A DNA stretch of 63,138 nt, filler included, from Rhabdomonas costata (GCA_019059605.1; 31 parts of 31 records of this genome joined end to end with filler, not necessarily neighbours in it), one strand, 5' to 3'. Shown: positions 50,201 through 63,074, numbered from the whole stretch's first letter. Numbers and translations: made by a program. Notes: a model not told the origin generated them from the sequence alone.

Positions 50201-51187
50201 AACTACATGGAACCGCCCCACAGAAAGTAGAGGGCGGGCAAAAAGGAGAGGAATTGTAGATGCGCACGTGCAAACATCTCATTGGGAACGGAAGAGGAGA
50301 GTGACGCACAGCCACTGAGTTGGGTGTGAAGGGTAACCACTGGTTCGGATACTGTCAGATACCAAAGTAAGTTCGAATTAATGCTCACGGTCCACCACGG
50401 CTGGTAGGGCGGGGGTGAGGTACACTACAGCGGCGTGGCGTGAACAGAAAAGCGATAGCAGCTGGGATTAACTACGCGCCCGCGAGACAACATTTATGGT
50501 GCATTTTACGGATCCAAGGTCTTTGAAGCACTTCCGTATGCATGGGACACGTGCACCGCAGCGTAACCCACTGCGAGGTCTTCGGTCATTTTCTGATAGG
50601 TGGAGGAGACGTTGACAGTGTAGTCAGTAAAATGTGTGTGTGGGTCCCCAACATGCCATTGACAGTGGTCCCCATAATGCACCAGACCAGCTGCTTTAAC
50701 TGCGGCCCTTTTCGTAACTCAAGGCAGGGGACTCAGCGTTCCATGGGATCCAGCATTCCTGCATCAAGTGGGCTTGTTCTTTTTCTCATGGGGCGCGCTT
50801 CTCGACTGAAATACACGTTTGTTCGAGTGGATTGTCTCCGATGAAAAGAACCAGCCGCTCAGCAGCCATTGCATGGCATCAATACTGTCCTCATTACAAT
50901 CCTGTTANNNNNNNNNNNNNNNNNNNNNNNNNNNNNNNNNNNNNNNNNNNNTTAATTAATTAANNNNNNNNNNNNNNNNNNNNNNNNNNNNNNNNNNNNN
51001 NNNNNNNTGTTTTTGTTGCTTTTCTCGCCAGTTCGGCTTTTATGCTTTTTTCCGTCTTTTCTGCTGTCTTAGATCCTCCGGCTGTCTTCTGACAAAGAAG
51101 AGTTGTAGCCGTGGCACCGTCCCTCCTGCTCACCATGTCACAGGCCTTCGGGACCTTCGGGACACACACATATGCACCCAGGCAGAC

Positions 51188-52767
51188 CTGGAGGTCAAAT
51201 AGAACGGTGTTATACGTAGTGAAGGCCTTCACGTACTCTGTCTTCGATAACGACCGCACGGTGGTGTCGTTGAGGAGCACCCCGGGCTGCGGGATGAACA
51301 CGTCCGCGTCCACCTGAGTTGGAGTGACACATTCACTGACTACATGATCTCGGTGGAAGTCTTTCCCGGTGGGACTTTCTCCCGCTGCCTGGCAGCGTCT
51401 GGGGGTGCGGATCACCCCTCTGCTGCTGCGGTACTTGGGAAACCTCAGTGGGCTCTCTCTCTCTGCTTGGAGCCTCTCCACTCTTCCATTCTTGAGCCTG
51501 GGATCTCAAGGTCATCTTTTCCCACCACGGAGAGCCCCAACTCTGGCGCCGTCCCTGGTGCTCTTCACGGCGGACTTCGGGAACTTTTTCGACCCTTGTC
51601 TCTATGGCTTTCGCAGATCTCGTCATGCGCCACACACATACACACACATGTGAACTGAACATTCTTTCCAAAGGTTGCTGACCTGTTGTGGTTGCGCCGT
51701 TTTGTGAACTGCTTTTTTTTCCGTAATTTTTCGTCGTCCTTGCAACCCCAAACGTGTTGACGTGCCGAGTCACGAGCAGACCTGGACGCACACAATCGGC
51801 CTTTGTCTCGCCTGCATCCCAAGCCACCACAAGTTCTGATCGGAGCTGAGATTCTGCCCCATTGTAGCCCCATTCAGAACTTCTCTTCGAGATGTCGGAA
51901 ATACCCAATAAGAGACATTGGGCCAAAATCATTAAACGTTAAAAAACAACGGTAACCACAAGCAAATGAAAAACACAAAATACAAACGTGCACGACATCT
52001 AGACCACGAAACGTGTCTGCCCTCATCCCCAATATCCGCCAGCCGCCAACCGACCCGCACGGCTCGCCACTCCCTCCAACCGACAGTCCATCAACCGACC
52101 AAGACCAAACCCCCACGACGTGCAAGATACGGCATGACGGCAGTCACCCCTAATGACCATCAGCGGTCAAGCAACCGACAGAAAAAAAACCCGGGCACCG
52201 TACCATCAGCTCTGGCCGGTCTAGCAGGAGCTTCCGCACCACCCGCGTGCGCTGCATCACGCAGAACTCAATCACCGTCTCCTCGTATCCCAGCACGTTG
52301 CACAGGAAGGAGGTGTCCTCCTTCCGAAGCGCCTCCCGCACGGCCTGCACCCCACGGGATCATGGTGCAGTGTTAAGGAATGAAACCAAAGAGCACGGCA
52401 GCGCCAGAAACAAGTGGCGAGTTGAGGTCGGGAGTGAGGGGGAGATGCTATAAAAGGCGGCAAGGCAGTGCGTTCTCCTTCTAATCCATTAATGAGGTTA
52501 AAAAGCATGTGCTCTGAGTTTACGATGCAACGTGCTGTATTATCCAGCAAAAATAGAATCACCACTGATACGGTGACCAGTTACCACTGGCTTCAACAAA
52601 CAGCTCTACAAACAGCCGCTATTAAGCACTGCACCCGGGCAATTTACACACACCAAATACCCCGCCCCACGCCAAAATATACCGCGTCGAACTTCCTGCG
52701 GTGGGACGACGTGTCCTGGTCCGTGATCCTTAGTCGACATGCCGAAGACTCCTCCGAAACACTCGAC
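51188..52767 (-). CDS. Hypothetical protein; exons 52767-52683, 52344-52204, 51313-51188
   Basis: Three phase-consistent GC3-rich GT-AG exons (..HRRKFDA|AVREALRKEDTSFLCNVLGYEETVIEFCV..PELM|VDADVFIPQPGVLLNDTTV..VLFDLQ). Confidence 0.65.
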
Positions 52768-52900
52768 CTGTGCAGACCCCCCCCCAAAAAAAAGAAACGT
52801 ACAACGCACAAAAACGGTCCCATGACCATATGCAGGTATACAGCCGTTGCACAAATTTAAATTTAACACTTCACCTCTTTTTTCCCCAATTATGTCCAAA

Positions 52901-52931
<31 letters not shown>

Positions 52932-53313
52932 CACACACACAACACAANNNNNNNNNNNNNNNNNNNNNNNNNNNNNNNNNNNNNNNNNNNNTTAATTAAT
53001 TAANNNNNNNNNNNNNNNNNNNNNNNNNNNNNNNNNNNNNNNNNNNNCCATTTGTGTAGGGAAGCACGTGATGTGATGTTTCCCAGGTAACCAACCAGAT
53101 CGGGCGCAATGCAGCATATACCAACCTCACGTGTGAGGGGCCGTTCGAGTTCCAACCCGGAATATTCGCTTGCCCGAAATGCGCTGGAAGTTTCCACTTG
53201 TGCTGATTGCATCCACTGCATTAAAATTCTCTAAGCTAAATTGTTGGTAAAAGCGTTGAAAACGTTCTGTGTGGAAAAGGTTCAGGACCCAATGGGAGGT
53301 CAATGATTCGTAG

Positions 53314-53411
53314 AGTTTGTCCTCACCATCAAGACGAAGAGCCGTGAAGTGTACGACTTCCTCTCCAAGGGGCGACGGGTGCCGCTACACCTGGAGGCCC
53401 CTGGGCAGCAG
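53314..53411 (+). CDS. Isolated exon, unknown protein
   Basis: cgtag|..FVLTIKTKSREVYDFLSKGRRVPLHLEAPGQQ|gtggag; GC3-rich. Confidence 0.4.
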
Positions 53412-55144
53412 GTGGAGCGCCGAGAAGATGCGAGTGTTCGAATGAACTTGTCAGAGATTACTCGGTTTTTCAAAGGTTTCATGTTGTATATGATAGGAAC
53501 CCAACGATGGTCATCGAGAAGCCTTCCGAATCAACAATGCTCTGGCAAGGGTCGGCATTCTTCCAGACGATGTAACCGGACTCGTCAGTAAAGGAGCTTC
53601 TGTGGGAAAGGCATATCCTGGGTTGTCCAAGTCCTTGTTCAAAAAATGAGCAACTGCCGTATATCGTCGTCGGACATGACCGAGGCCATTCCCGAGGAAG
53701 TGAAGGAAATGCTGAAATGCGGACAAGCTTTCCTTCATGCCAGGCAGTACGTAGCCGTTAGTTTGCTTGCTCAGAAAGGTTCTCAGAATGAGAGGGCTGA
53801 GCAGTCCGCTTCCCCCAACCAACCTAACCCACCCACGTGCATCTTCAGGGACTGTGCCTCGTGGTGGCCCGCTCGTATCATCCTTTTGCATACTTCGTGA
53901 CAGCGGAGCTTGATCGGATGCTGAAAACTATGGTAATCTAAAAAAGGATGCATAAGATACTGCAGCGGTAGACACACGCACTTGGGATTTCCTTGTCATT
54001 TTTGTTCTTCACACGAATTAAGGTTGAATGCGATGAAACGTTACTGGGTAGATATTGCTGCTTGTTTTGCAGTGCGGAAAGAAATCGTAGAGGTCGACAA
54101 GTTCGTCTCCAACACGAATTAAGTTGAGAACTTACTGCTATGTCTTGTTTTCTGTTTCCAGACAGCCTTGCGAGAGAAATGTCGTAGGAACCACTCAAAA
54201 GCATTTCTCACGGTAGAAGGGGCTGAGTAGGATCAAGCTTTGATTTAAAGCGACCTTCAACACGGCCACTCATTACGACATTTAGGTCAACCAGCTGAGA
54301 TACGAAAAACTCAGGACTGCTCGCAACGGCTCAGCGCTCATCTGCTCGTCCTCTTTTGCGCGCTGCAACAAACCACAGTGGTAACACCTATAAAAAAAGC
54401 TAGGGCAAAGCCAGAGCTGCGTCGCGCAGGTGAGTGATAACATTGACAACTGTGAGAACAAAACGTCACTACGACAGTTGCAGCAAGCAACCGCGCCATT
54501 CTACTGCTTTCGGAAGATCACAGTCAAACAGCACTGGTGGGATGTTACACATAGTAGGGATGGAGAAGTGGTGGCATTCGACTTCACCAGTTCCTGGGCA
54601 CTTCAAGCCGGCCGACAGCAGGCTGCCTCTAACTCCGGGGCATCACATCGCCAGCAGACGTAATAACATCCAGTGCGCCTCCGCAGCCTACCTAATGGTC
54701 TTGTCGTCCCTCTCTCCGTACTTGGCGGTGTATATATAGGAGGCCTTGGGCCTCTCCAGTGCACGATGAGTTGTGTTGAGAGTGCTCTCCGATTCCCGCA
54801 CTTTTCGAAGCCAACTGGCTGGAGCAAAACCTTCCTTGTGTTCCCCCAGACGTCCGGACTTTTTGCTTTTTTTCTGTGTGCAAAACTCAAAACTCAATTC
54901 TTTTTTCTTCCTTTTTCCGCAATTGTAAAAATCCCTGCATAGCACCCACATGCCTTCGTAGGTCACCCCACCCACCGCGACCAGAGNNNNNNNNNNNNNN
55001 NNNNNNNNNNNNNNNNNNNNNNNNNNNNNNTTAATTAATTAANNNNNNNNNNNNNNNNNNNNNNNNNNNNNNNNNNNNNNNNNNNNTGTGTTGGGCAAAA
55101 ACACTCATTACAGTAATGAGTGTTTTTGCTCAACAGCCCAAAAG

Positions 55145-55205
55145 TACTGCTGGACAAGGACTCGCCAATGGCTGGGATATGGCCGGACGAGTTGGACAGC
55201 AGTAG
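55145..55205 (+). repeat. Dispersed ~60-bp repeat, copy 2
   Basis: See 47172-47231. Confidence 0.8.
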
Positions 55206-55237
55206 TCTCTCATTCATGGACCCGTTCTCGCTCACAG

Positions 55238-55338
55238 CGCTCATCCGACAGCCGACCCGGGCCTTAATGTGGAAACGGAGCTCATTCGCCTCCAACCCGG
55301 ACGCAAGGTGGTGTTCCACGACACCGACTGGGGCTTCT
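55238..55338 (+). CDS. Isolated exon, unknown protein
   Basis: cacag|AHPTADPGLNVETELIRLQPGRKVVFHDTDWGF|gtattg. Confidence 0.4.
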
Positions 55339-57473
55339 GTATTGTCTTGTTTAAATCGGATGGGGACGTGAAGGAAATGTACTGCAATCGCCCACTCGGG
55401 TCCTCACCTGGGCGGACCCCGATGTGAGGAATCGAAGTATGTAAGTTTTATCTCAATCTCTTGCACTCGCTGGGCTGTGGGTAGGAGGAGGACCTTGATG
55501 ACCCCTTGGGTGGTGTCTGCCGGTCCCTGGGCCCGCTCAGCACCTTGTGGGGAAGGTTTTTGGTTGGAATCGCGTCCGCTGGTAAGGCATCATGCCCTCC
55601 CCAAAAAATTATTTTGAGCAGTGGGCCCCTAAATAGTATCAGGAATCGAGTATTTTGTTGACTGCCCTTGGTCTTCTATAATCAACATCTCCCGCACCAC
55701 CTTCTTCAGAAACCCGCAAAATCAAATTAGGGTCCATCAACTAAAAAGTCGTTGACGAGGCTCGGAGAGACCGAGAAAGAAATAGAGGCTTTTGGTTTCT
55801 CAGCCCATGACGGTATACCAATAGTATAAAGGTCAGCAAAAGGGACTATCGACCTCGGGTGTTGGGGTCGTGTAAGTTTAACGTTTTATGCATCCGTTAA
55901 ACGCCTGTCGTCTGCACCATTTTAATCGTTTGGAGACTTCGGATCGATTCGGACCATGAGGCGGAGAAGTGTCGCAGCGGGGGAAGGAGGGAGGGGCAAG
56001 CAGAAACTCGACTTTCGACGTTTAAGTTTTTCAAACCTTTTCAAACAGTTCAATACATAAATTTTCATGTTTTGGTGAAAAAACGCAATCAACTGCACTG
56101 AAGCATGAGAAAGAAATGTACACGTTATTGAACATCCCCCGCTCCTTAATGTTTCCGATTGTGGGGCCTAGCTTTTGAAGGCGACGTTTTTGTGCAAGTC
56201 CTTTTCCCCTCAGAGTGAGCCGCCGACTCTCCTCTAAGGTGGACAAGGGTGCGCAGTGCATAAATTGCGTGGTTTATATCTCTGCTTGGGATGGATTCTG
56301 TCCTCCACGTTTCCTCGTACCCTCCTCGCGCACAACCTTCCTTTCTTTTTCCCCACTGCCTCCGCTCCTGTGAGGATTTCTTTCCTCCGCACGTTCCCCC
56401 CGCTCCCTCCAGTTTCTTCGCCTGCTTCCTTATGGCACGCTCCTCTCACCTGCCTCTTACCTGATCCTGTGGTGGTGCCTTAAGCCTTCAGTGGTGCTGA
56501 ATGTTCTGCGCGAAATTTACTCTACTGTGGTATTTTTCGAGGCCGATCACCTCTGTTGGTTTTAGTTGGATGGAGGGGATGGGTGTGTGTGGTGGGTTGG
56601 TAGATGGGTGGGTGGGTTTCTCGACGCGCGCGCGCGCACACACACACACACACGCACACATGCGTGTTTCTCTCTTTCTGCCAGTGGCAAGGAATGGGGA
56701 GGGGTGTCCCGAGCAGCAATGACACGAATAGGCAGAAGGCCGATGCACTGAAGACACTACATGCGTGATGCGTGCAGACCGCTACACCCAGCCAAGACAT
56801 GATAAACATAGAGACAACCGTAGGAAGACACGAGAGAGTGAACTCAAAAGACCAATACCATAAACCACGTTTATACTTTCCGATATCATGATTTAGATTC
56901 ACGCCTTTTTGAGAGTAGTGCTGAGTGAAAGCAACATGAAGCCAGAAAAACAGTAAGAAACCTGCTCCTCTGGAGACACTCCGACTTGCCACCACCTCAA
57001 AGGTGCTACCGCTACACCCAAAACCNNNNNNNNNNNNNNNNNNNNNNNNNNNNNNNNNNNNNNNNNNNNTTAATTAATTAANNNNNNNNNNNNNNNNNNN
57101 NNNNNNNNNNNNNNNNNNNNNNNNNGGGTTTTGGGTACTCCACAGTGCTATTGGGAAGGGCTCGGAGTTGGGCTGTCGAAGTGACACCGCTGACGAAGCC
57201 CACGGTGTCTTCGGGAAAGCTGGGTGGGAACCTCCAAAAGTTTCCCAGCTCCCGCACGTCAGTAACGGAGACCGTGTCCTGAGCAAAAACGGAAGGATGC
57301 TCTCAAATATAGCTTGAAGGCATCGCTGAAAACAATCACATTTCATGCTCATCTAAATTTAACGGAAGTGTTCATGCTCATGACATATTCGCCTTTTCAC
57401 GCCAACAGCGCACAAACGGAGACTGCGGTTGCTGCTTTGGAAGTCTCGAAAAAAGAGAGGGCCTGAAGGCTAC

Positions 57474-57616
57474 CTCGGCAGCCAGCGCCAGCTTCAGTGC
57501 ACCTGCCACTGCGAGCTCGAAATGTCTCGGGAAAAGCCAGCTCAGAGGAAAGCCAGACAGCTCGATTTCGAACATCAAATCCGTCATGTACGGGGTGCTC
57601 GTCATGGTCGAGGTAC
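57474..57616 (-). CDS. Isolated exon, probably a surface protein (end of S/T stalk plus SEA-like start)
   Basis: tgacag|TSTMTSTPYMTDLMFEIELSGFPLSWLFPRHFELAVAGALKLALAAE|gtagcc. Confidence 0.45.
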
Positions 57617-60499
57617 CTGTCAAGTAAAATCGATAGTATAACCAGTAACACGAAAATCAAGTCGTCGTTATGAGACCGCATTGGTCAGTGCAGAAAGCAG
57701 CTCGAAGAAAGGTATGTGGTGTGTGTTGATAGACATTTAGGTACACCTTCCAAAAGAACACTTTGATCCGGCCATCCGACATCCACTCTCCAGATTGCTC
57801 CAGGGAAGGAGGGGTACCAAGCCAACCAGAGCGTTCTGTCATACATTGCCCTTCAGCGGCGGCCCGTAATCTGCAGACTGGAAAGCTGTTTATTACATGT
57901 TTAAAACATTCTGGCTTCGCGCAAGTCACCGGCAGAAAAGCATACGAACATGAACACGAACTGTGAAAACGAAATCGAAATTGTTATAAAAAATGGTAGT
58001 ATCTTATGGTTGGGAAGGTTATGGTAAATCTGCATCGCAGCAGGGCCTAAAAGGCATCAGTAAGAAATGTCTGGGAGGTTGAGGGTATGCCAATGGGATC
58101 AGACAAGCAGGGGGCAAGCCTTTGACCATCATCACTTCCTTTCACAACCAACATTTGAACGCGCACTCGCATTCCCTTCCTCAGGACAAAATATGGATGC
58201 ATAAACAACTGTTTACACATGTGTGTAGACACAGGTTTTCTTTTTACCCCAAATCAAGGACGGACCATCATTTTCATCGTCTCAAAGGCGAAGCCGCCTA
58301 AACACAGACCTGTGGCTGAAGGGGAGCTTGAAAGACTGCAGGAGACACTCGCTGAAGACGTTGAGCTCAACGAAAGCGATGTAGAGAGCTCTGAGTCATC
58401 AGAAAGATTTGTGAGAAGAATAAGGTTTGCAAGCAGAACGGAACTGTTTTTGCAGCTCCAAGCTCCTGGGTGAAACGCTGTTTTCTTTTCAATGTGGCCA
58501 GTGGAACCTGAAGAACGGTGTCTACACTTGACTGCTTGTGCATATCGGGGGTTGGCCGAGTTCTGCTATAGCTCTGTTTTCTCGCTTGGCATTGCTGAGC
58601 AGAAGAGAATAGAACAAAACGCAACCACAAATTGCTGTTGAGCACCTAAAAATTTCGAAACTGGCGGTGAAAAGTAATCTAAACTGACAGCGAAGCACAC
58701 AAATCCCTCTACCGAAGCCACCGTCCCCTTCCGATTTCCACTTCGAACAGCACTGTCTTTAAAGCCTCACTGAGGTGCTAGCTCGCTTGACTTTTCGAGA
58801 GAAAAAATTCCGTACACCCTCAAAAAGCAACAAACAAAAACTACATCAGGCAATTTCCGACTAGAAGGCTGAAAAGGGTGGTGAAAAATTTGTTCTTCCC
58901 AGGAACTGCTTTCATCGCTTTTTGTTATGCTACGATTCTCTTCTCGGCTCTAACTTTCAAGCGACACAGGTCACATGTTTTTACTTAAATTCCCGGAAAC
59001 AAGACATGATCAGCAATAGGGTGATGTCACACCAGCACTGAAAGATTTGGTGTACACCCACCCNNNNNNNNNNNNNNNNNNNNNNNNNNNNNNNNNNNNN
59101 NNNNNNNTTAATTAATTAANNNNNNNNNNNNNNNNNNNNNNNNNNNNNNNNNNNNNNNNNNNNGGGGGTTGTTGATGTCGCTCCATCCCTCCGGTATGCG
59201 TTCTTTCGAACACGTTGTAAGTGTATGATGATGTTGATGTTGATGTGTATGTTGATGCAAGGGGTGAAGTTGGAGGGGCGCGGGGCCCCCTAGAGATGTT
59301 TTGTGAAGGTCGCATCTCACTCGCATCAGCTCGTTCGATGCTCCCTACATGTGATGGTTCGTCGTTCCACCGCTACGCGCTTCCACTCCTCACGATGTAC
59401 AGAAGATGAACTCTCGGTACCTCGAGTGCAAAGAAGATGAAAGTGCATAGATGCTGATACCCCATGCCATCTCCTTACGTCGATGCCATGGGGCCCCTTC
59501 TTAACGCTTCGTCACTTCGTTCTCTCAAAGTGGTGGCTCGTGGACTGCAGCGTTTTCCCGCCACCAGCAGCATATCTCCTGCCCACAGCGAGGCAGGAGA
59601 GTGGGCCACTAATCCCACCTCTTTGGCTGGTTTGCTTTCTGATGTTTCACCCAGGCGAAGGCTTCTAGCGCCATCACGTGCACAGGAACGGGAAGCGGAT
59701 TGGACTTTTTATTCCAAATATAAATTGCCTCACGGTGGACACAATGGAAGATTTTTGCGTCAGAAACCGTGGGCACCGAAGCACGAGCCTTGCAACCAAC
59801 CACTTACCTCACAAAAACTGTCCATTGTGTTCCGGAACCGCCACCCACCCTACAAGTACGTTTCTGCGGACCACTTTGTGCTTTACCATGACCCTCGCCT
59901 CCGGTTATGAGACGCGTTTCATATAAGCCCTGCCCTGGGGGGAGGTTTCATATACGCAAACGCTTCGTTTCGGAGCTTAGTGGGTTGGGTTGACGTCAGC
60001 TACACGCCTTTGAGTCCGGGATCGGAGCAAAACGCCCTACACGGAACTGTTCCGAGAGAAGAACAAAACACCAAAATGCGCAGCTGCGTGAAGCAACTTG
60101 AATCCTTGCCAATCTGATGCACCGTTCCCAGGTGTAAAACAACAATACCCATATTAGCACTAAATACTGAGAACAAAAAAGTGGGATTCTGACCTCTTCT
60201 TCTTCTTGATAAAAACACCGGGATATTTTTCACTCATTGTTTGGCGTATGTATGAGACCCCTAAGCAGTGACGCAACACTAAACCATTTAAACACTAATT
60301 TCCAGCAGCCAAAGGTAACTAATGAACGCAAATTTAATTAAGCATTTGTTTATCAGCTGCAATTAAGGTTGAATTTCATTGCCGATGGAAGTTATAACAG
60401 AGAGAGGGATGTTGGTAAGTGTGCTGGGTTTGATTACTTGATACTGCGAAGTTAAGTTCAAGGGAGTTTGAACGCGAGGTCTTTTCTCTGGCGCCCACG

Positions 60500-61000
60500 G
60501 TTGGAAGAAGTTCGGGTCTGCATGTGCTGCCTGAGCTGCGCAGTTTCCAACCACTTTCTACCCCCGGTTCAAGTGGTCTTCGGCACACGCATTTGCTTGA
60601 AGCTGTCGACGTCTCGTCGCCAGCCGACAAGAACTACTTCAAAAGCCTTTTGGTCCGTTGGGTCAGGCGGACTTCCACCTTGGTCCACGCTGGCAGCAGC
60701 GAAATTGAATCCACTTCTGAACCTGCGGGCGGCTTGAGACCGAGGTACTTCAACGTCTCACCTTAAAGGTATTTCCTATTTGCTCAGTGAAGTCTTGGCT
60801 CCCCTCCAGTTAGGTGTTGGGGTGCGAAGGAACAGATCAGCAGAAAGTTGCAGCGAATTCTGTTTGGCCATGCGTAATTGCATGTTCTCCAAATTGATTT
60901 TTCCAACGCGTTTAACGGACCCCCTCCGTCTCGGCGCCGCTGAGGAGGACGGGCCGCAAGGCATGCGAGCGTGTACGCGTGGTGCTTCCTCACTCCGCCG
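60500..61000 (+). mobile_element. Decayed CRE/SLACS/CZAR-like non-LTR retrotransposon reverse transcriptase; the element probably extends upstream through the contig
   Basis: Ordered, frameshifted motifs: EEV..LRSFQPLSTPGSSGLRHTHL (from 60536), GGLRP (60728-60742), LAPLQLGVGV (60795-60824), VLQIDFSNAFN (60884-60916), YAWCFLTP (60974-60997). Confidence 0.85.
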
Positions 61001-61621
61001 AAAAGAGGTCGGGGTGCGGCGAAGGCGGTCAGCGAGGTCAGCATGTCCGAACAGAATTCGCTGCAACTTTCTGCTGATCTGTTCCTTCGCACCCACAACC
61101 NNNNNNNNNNNNNNNNNNNNNNNNNNNNNNNNNNNNNNNNNNNNTTAATTAATTAANNNNNNNNNNNNNNNNNNNNNNNNNNNNNNNNNNNNNNNNNNNN
61201 GTGGTGGTTGCATGGTGCCGCGCCAAAGTGCAGCACATCGATCCACAAGCTTTCACTGGGGAGCCCCCGAGCCTTTATCGGTAAGCTGTTTTTGTGGAGC
61301 TCACCCAGACCATCTGTGGCTTGACCTTTTCCCCCTGACCTCTTTCGAGGGTTTTTGCTGGTTGTGTATGGTGAGTTTACTCAGCGAGCGATCTCTTTAA
61401 AGCACAAGGTGACCTCGCGAAAAGCCCCAAATCTGCTTCGGATTATAGTTGGCAGGGTGGGGGTTTCCCTGAAAAGGAACATGGGACTCCTATAGGACCC
61501 AGGTGGAGGCAGGCTGCGGGGTTTACGAAGTGAGCCATGAGTACGTTTGACACCTCCCTGCCGTGTCGTTTTTACGGGAAGCAAGCTGGGTGAAGCTAGG
61601 TGCCATGCTACTGGTTGCCAG

Positions 61622-62853
61622 GTGGATCGTGCGGCGGATCCGGGGCTGCGAGGCGCCCTTTCCCATGCTGGGCCGCGCCCTCGACAGCCCCACCGCCCCG
61701 CCCACGGACATCTCGCGGGCGGTGTGCCGACTGTGCGACCTGCTGCATTCCACGGACCCTGTGACCTGGCAGGGGTTTGGGCGGAGCCTTCCTCTTTGTT
61801 TCTCATTTGGGTTTCCTTGAGGACAGGCAGGGGTTTGCCGAGAATGTCTTCGGCTCGGCATCTGTTGTGCTGGTTTACGATTTTAAACACTGTTTGTGCG
61901 TTTTCGTCTTCCGTGAGACTGGATTGTCGGTATCCAACCCCAGCAACATTTTGAGCACATTTCCGACCATTCCTGTGAAAGCCCCGGTAGTCGTGCATAC
62001 GACCCTTCATTTCTTTGGTTGTCCCTTTCCGTTTATCGTCCGCATATCGCTAAATATCACTGCGTTTCCTTTGTGAATGATTCTGCAAAAAAAAATGTCG
62101 TGCATGATGATGAAAATAACAAAAAAAATTCATCCGAAAACACACCTGGCCACCGGCATGTGCAGCGGCTGCCAAAAAACATACCCGCAACGCACGAAAG
62201 GAGACGTGGCGGTCACCAGCGGCACCCACAATTCAAAGAACCAAAACGAGAAATGAGTTGATCATTTCCAGCTAAAATAACATGATAACCTCTAAGCATT
62301 GTTTTGGCCGTTAGACCACAAATCGGACTAGACCCCCTTAACGGATTTTGTTTTGATTGCTACTGATTCTTGGTTATGTTTGCCCAGACCGAAACGTCCT
62401 CACACACTTTGTCGCTGCGCAGGTACTCCGTGGCCACTGTATACGGCGCGGGGAACTCTAGTGCAGGCCAAGGTACTCTGCTTGACCTGGTTGGAATGCA
62501 GGTGTGGTGGTGCACTTCCCGGTTACTGCAGATTTCTTTCACATCCCTTTTCCCTTGCGTGTGGCATTCAGGTCTGTGTTGTGGTTTTGCCGCTCTGACT
62601 TTTTTGCAACCTGCGAGCCCAAGGAAGCGTCACGAAAAAGGAATCAGCGTAGTGTGGCCTTCCCGCATGCGGCATGAAGTGAGTTGTTGCGATCTATTGT
62701 ATGTTGATGCGATTTCACCACGCGGGACCACACCGGACGTCGCATGAGGAGAATTCGAATCCATTGCCCCTCTTCGTTGTATTTCATTGCAGGACTGCAG
62801 CTCAGGAAGTGAGCGCGTGGTGATTGGCATGGTGTCGGAGGGAATCACTGTCG
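61622..62853 (+). CDS. Hypothetical protein; exons ~61622-61774, 62423-62501, 62793-62853
   Basis: Phase-consistent GT-AG joins ..STDPVTWQG|YSVATVYGAG..LVGMQ|DCSSGSERVVIGMVSEGITV. Confidence 0.6.
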
Positions 62854-63014
62854 GTGCGCGGTGCCCCCTTGTGTTCTTTGTGGTTGTTGATCGCCACTCA
62901 TGGTCTTCGGGGTACGGCAAGGCCTATGGACAAAATGGACCTAAATCGGACGTGGCGGATGGGTCTTTCACCTCTGATCTTTGGTATAAATATATGCTGG
63001 TGTGTATTGACCGT

Positions 63015-63074
63015 GAGAACCGACCTCTGCCCTCACGCTTTGGGGCAGCAAGGGTCAGTTCTCCAAGGGGGAAG

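Larger units (their letters stand above)
1941..61200. other. 30 artificial contig linkers (N44-TTAATTAATTAA-N44) separating 31 contigs of ~1.94 kb; first linker 1941-2040, last 61101-61200
   Basis: Identical 100-nt spacer every ~2040 nt. The central 12-mer puts stops in all six frames. Flanking sequences are unrelated. Confidence 0.99.

Noticed and set aside
55230-55319. Minus-strand NELRFHIKARVG resembling the post-RT region of R2-like elements
   Set aside because: It is antisense to a plausible GC3-rich plus-strand exon, and no other RT or CCHC motifs are nearby.
60820-61100. 45-bp inverted repeat within the RT relic, TIR-like
   Set aside because: The right arm runs to the contig end and starts at a microhomology, so it is a chimera, not a TIR.
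1941-61200. Regularly spaced identical TTAATTAATTAA repeats that look like an array
   Set aside because: They sit inside N runs and are a six-frame-stop concatenation linker, not CRISPR or a biological repeat. Gene adjacency across linkers is meaningless.
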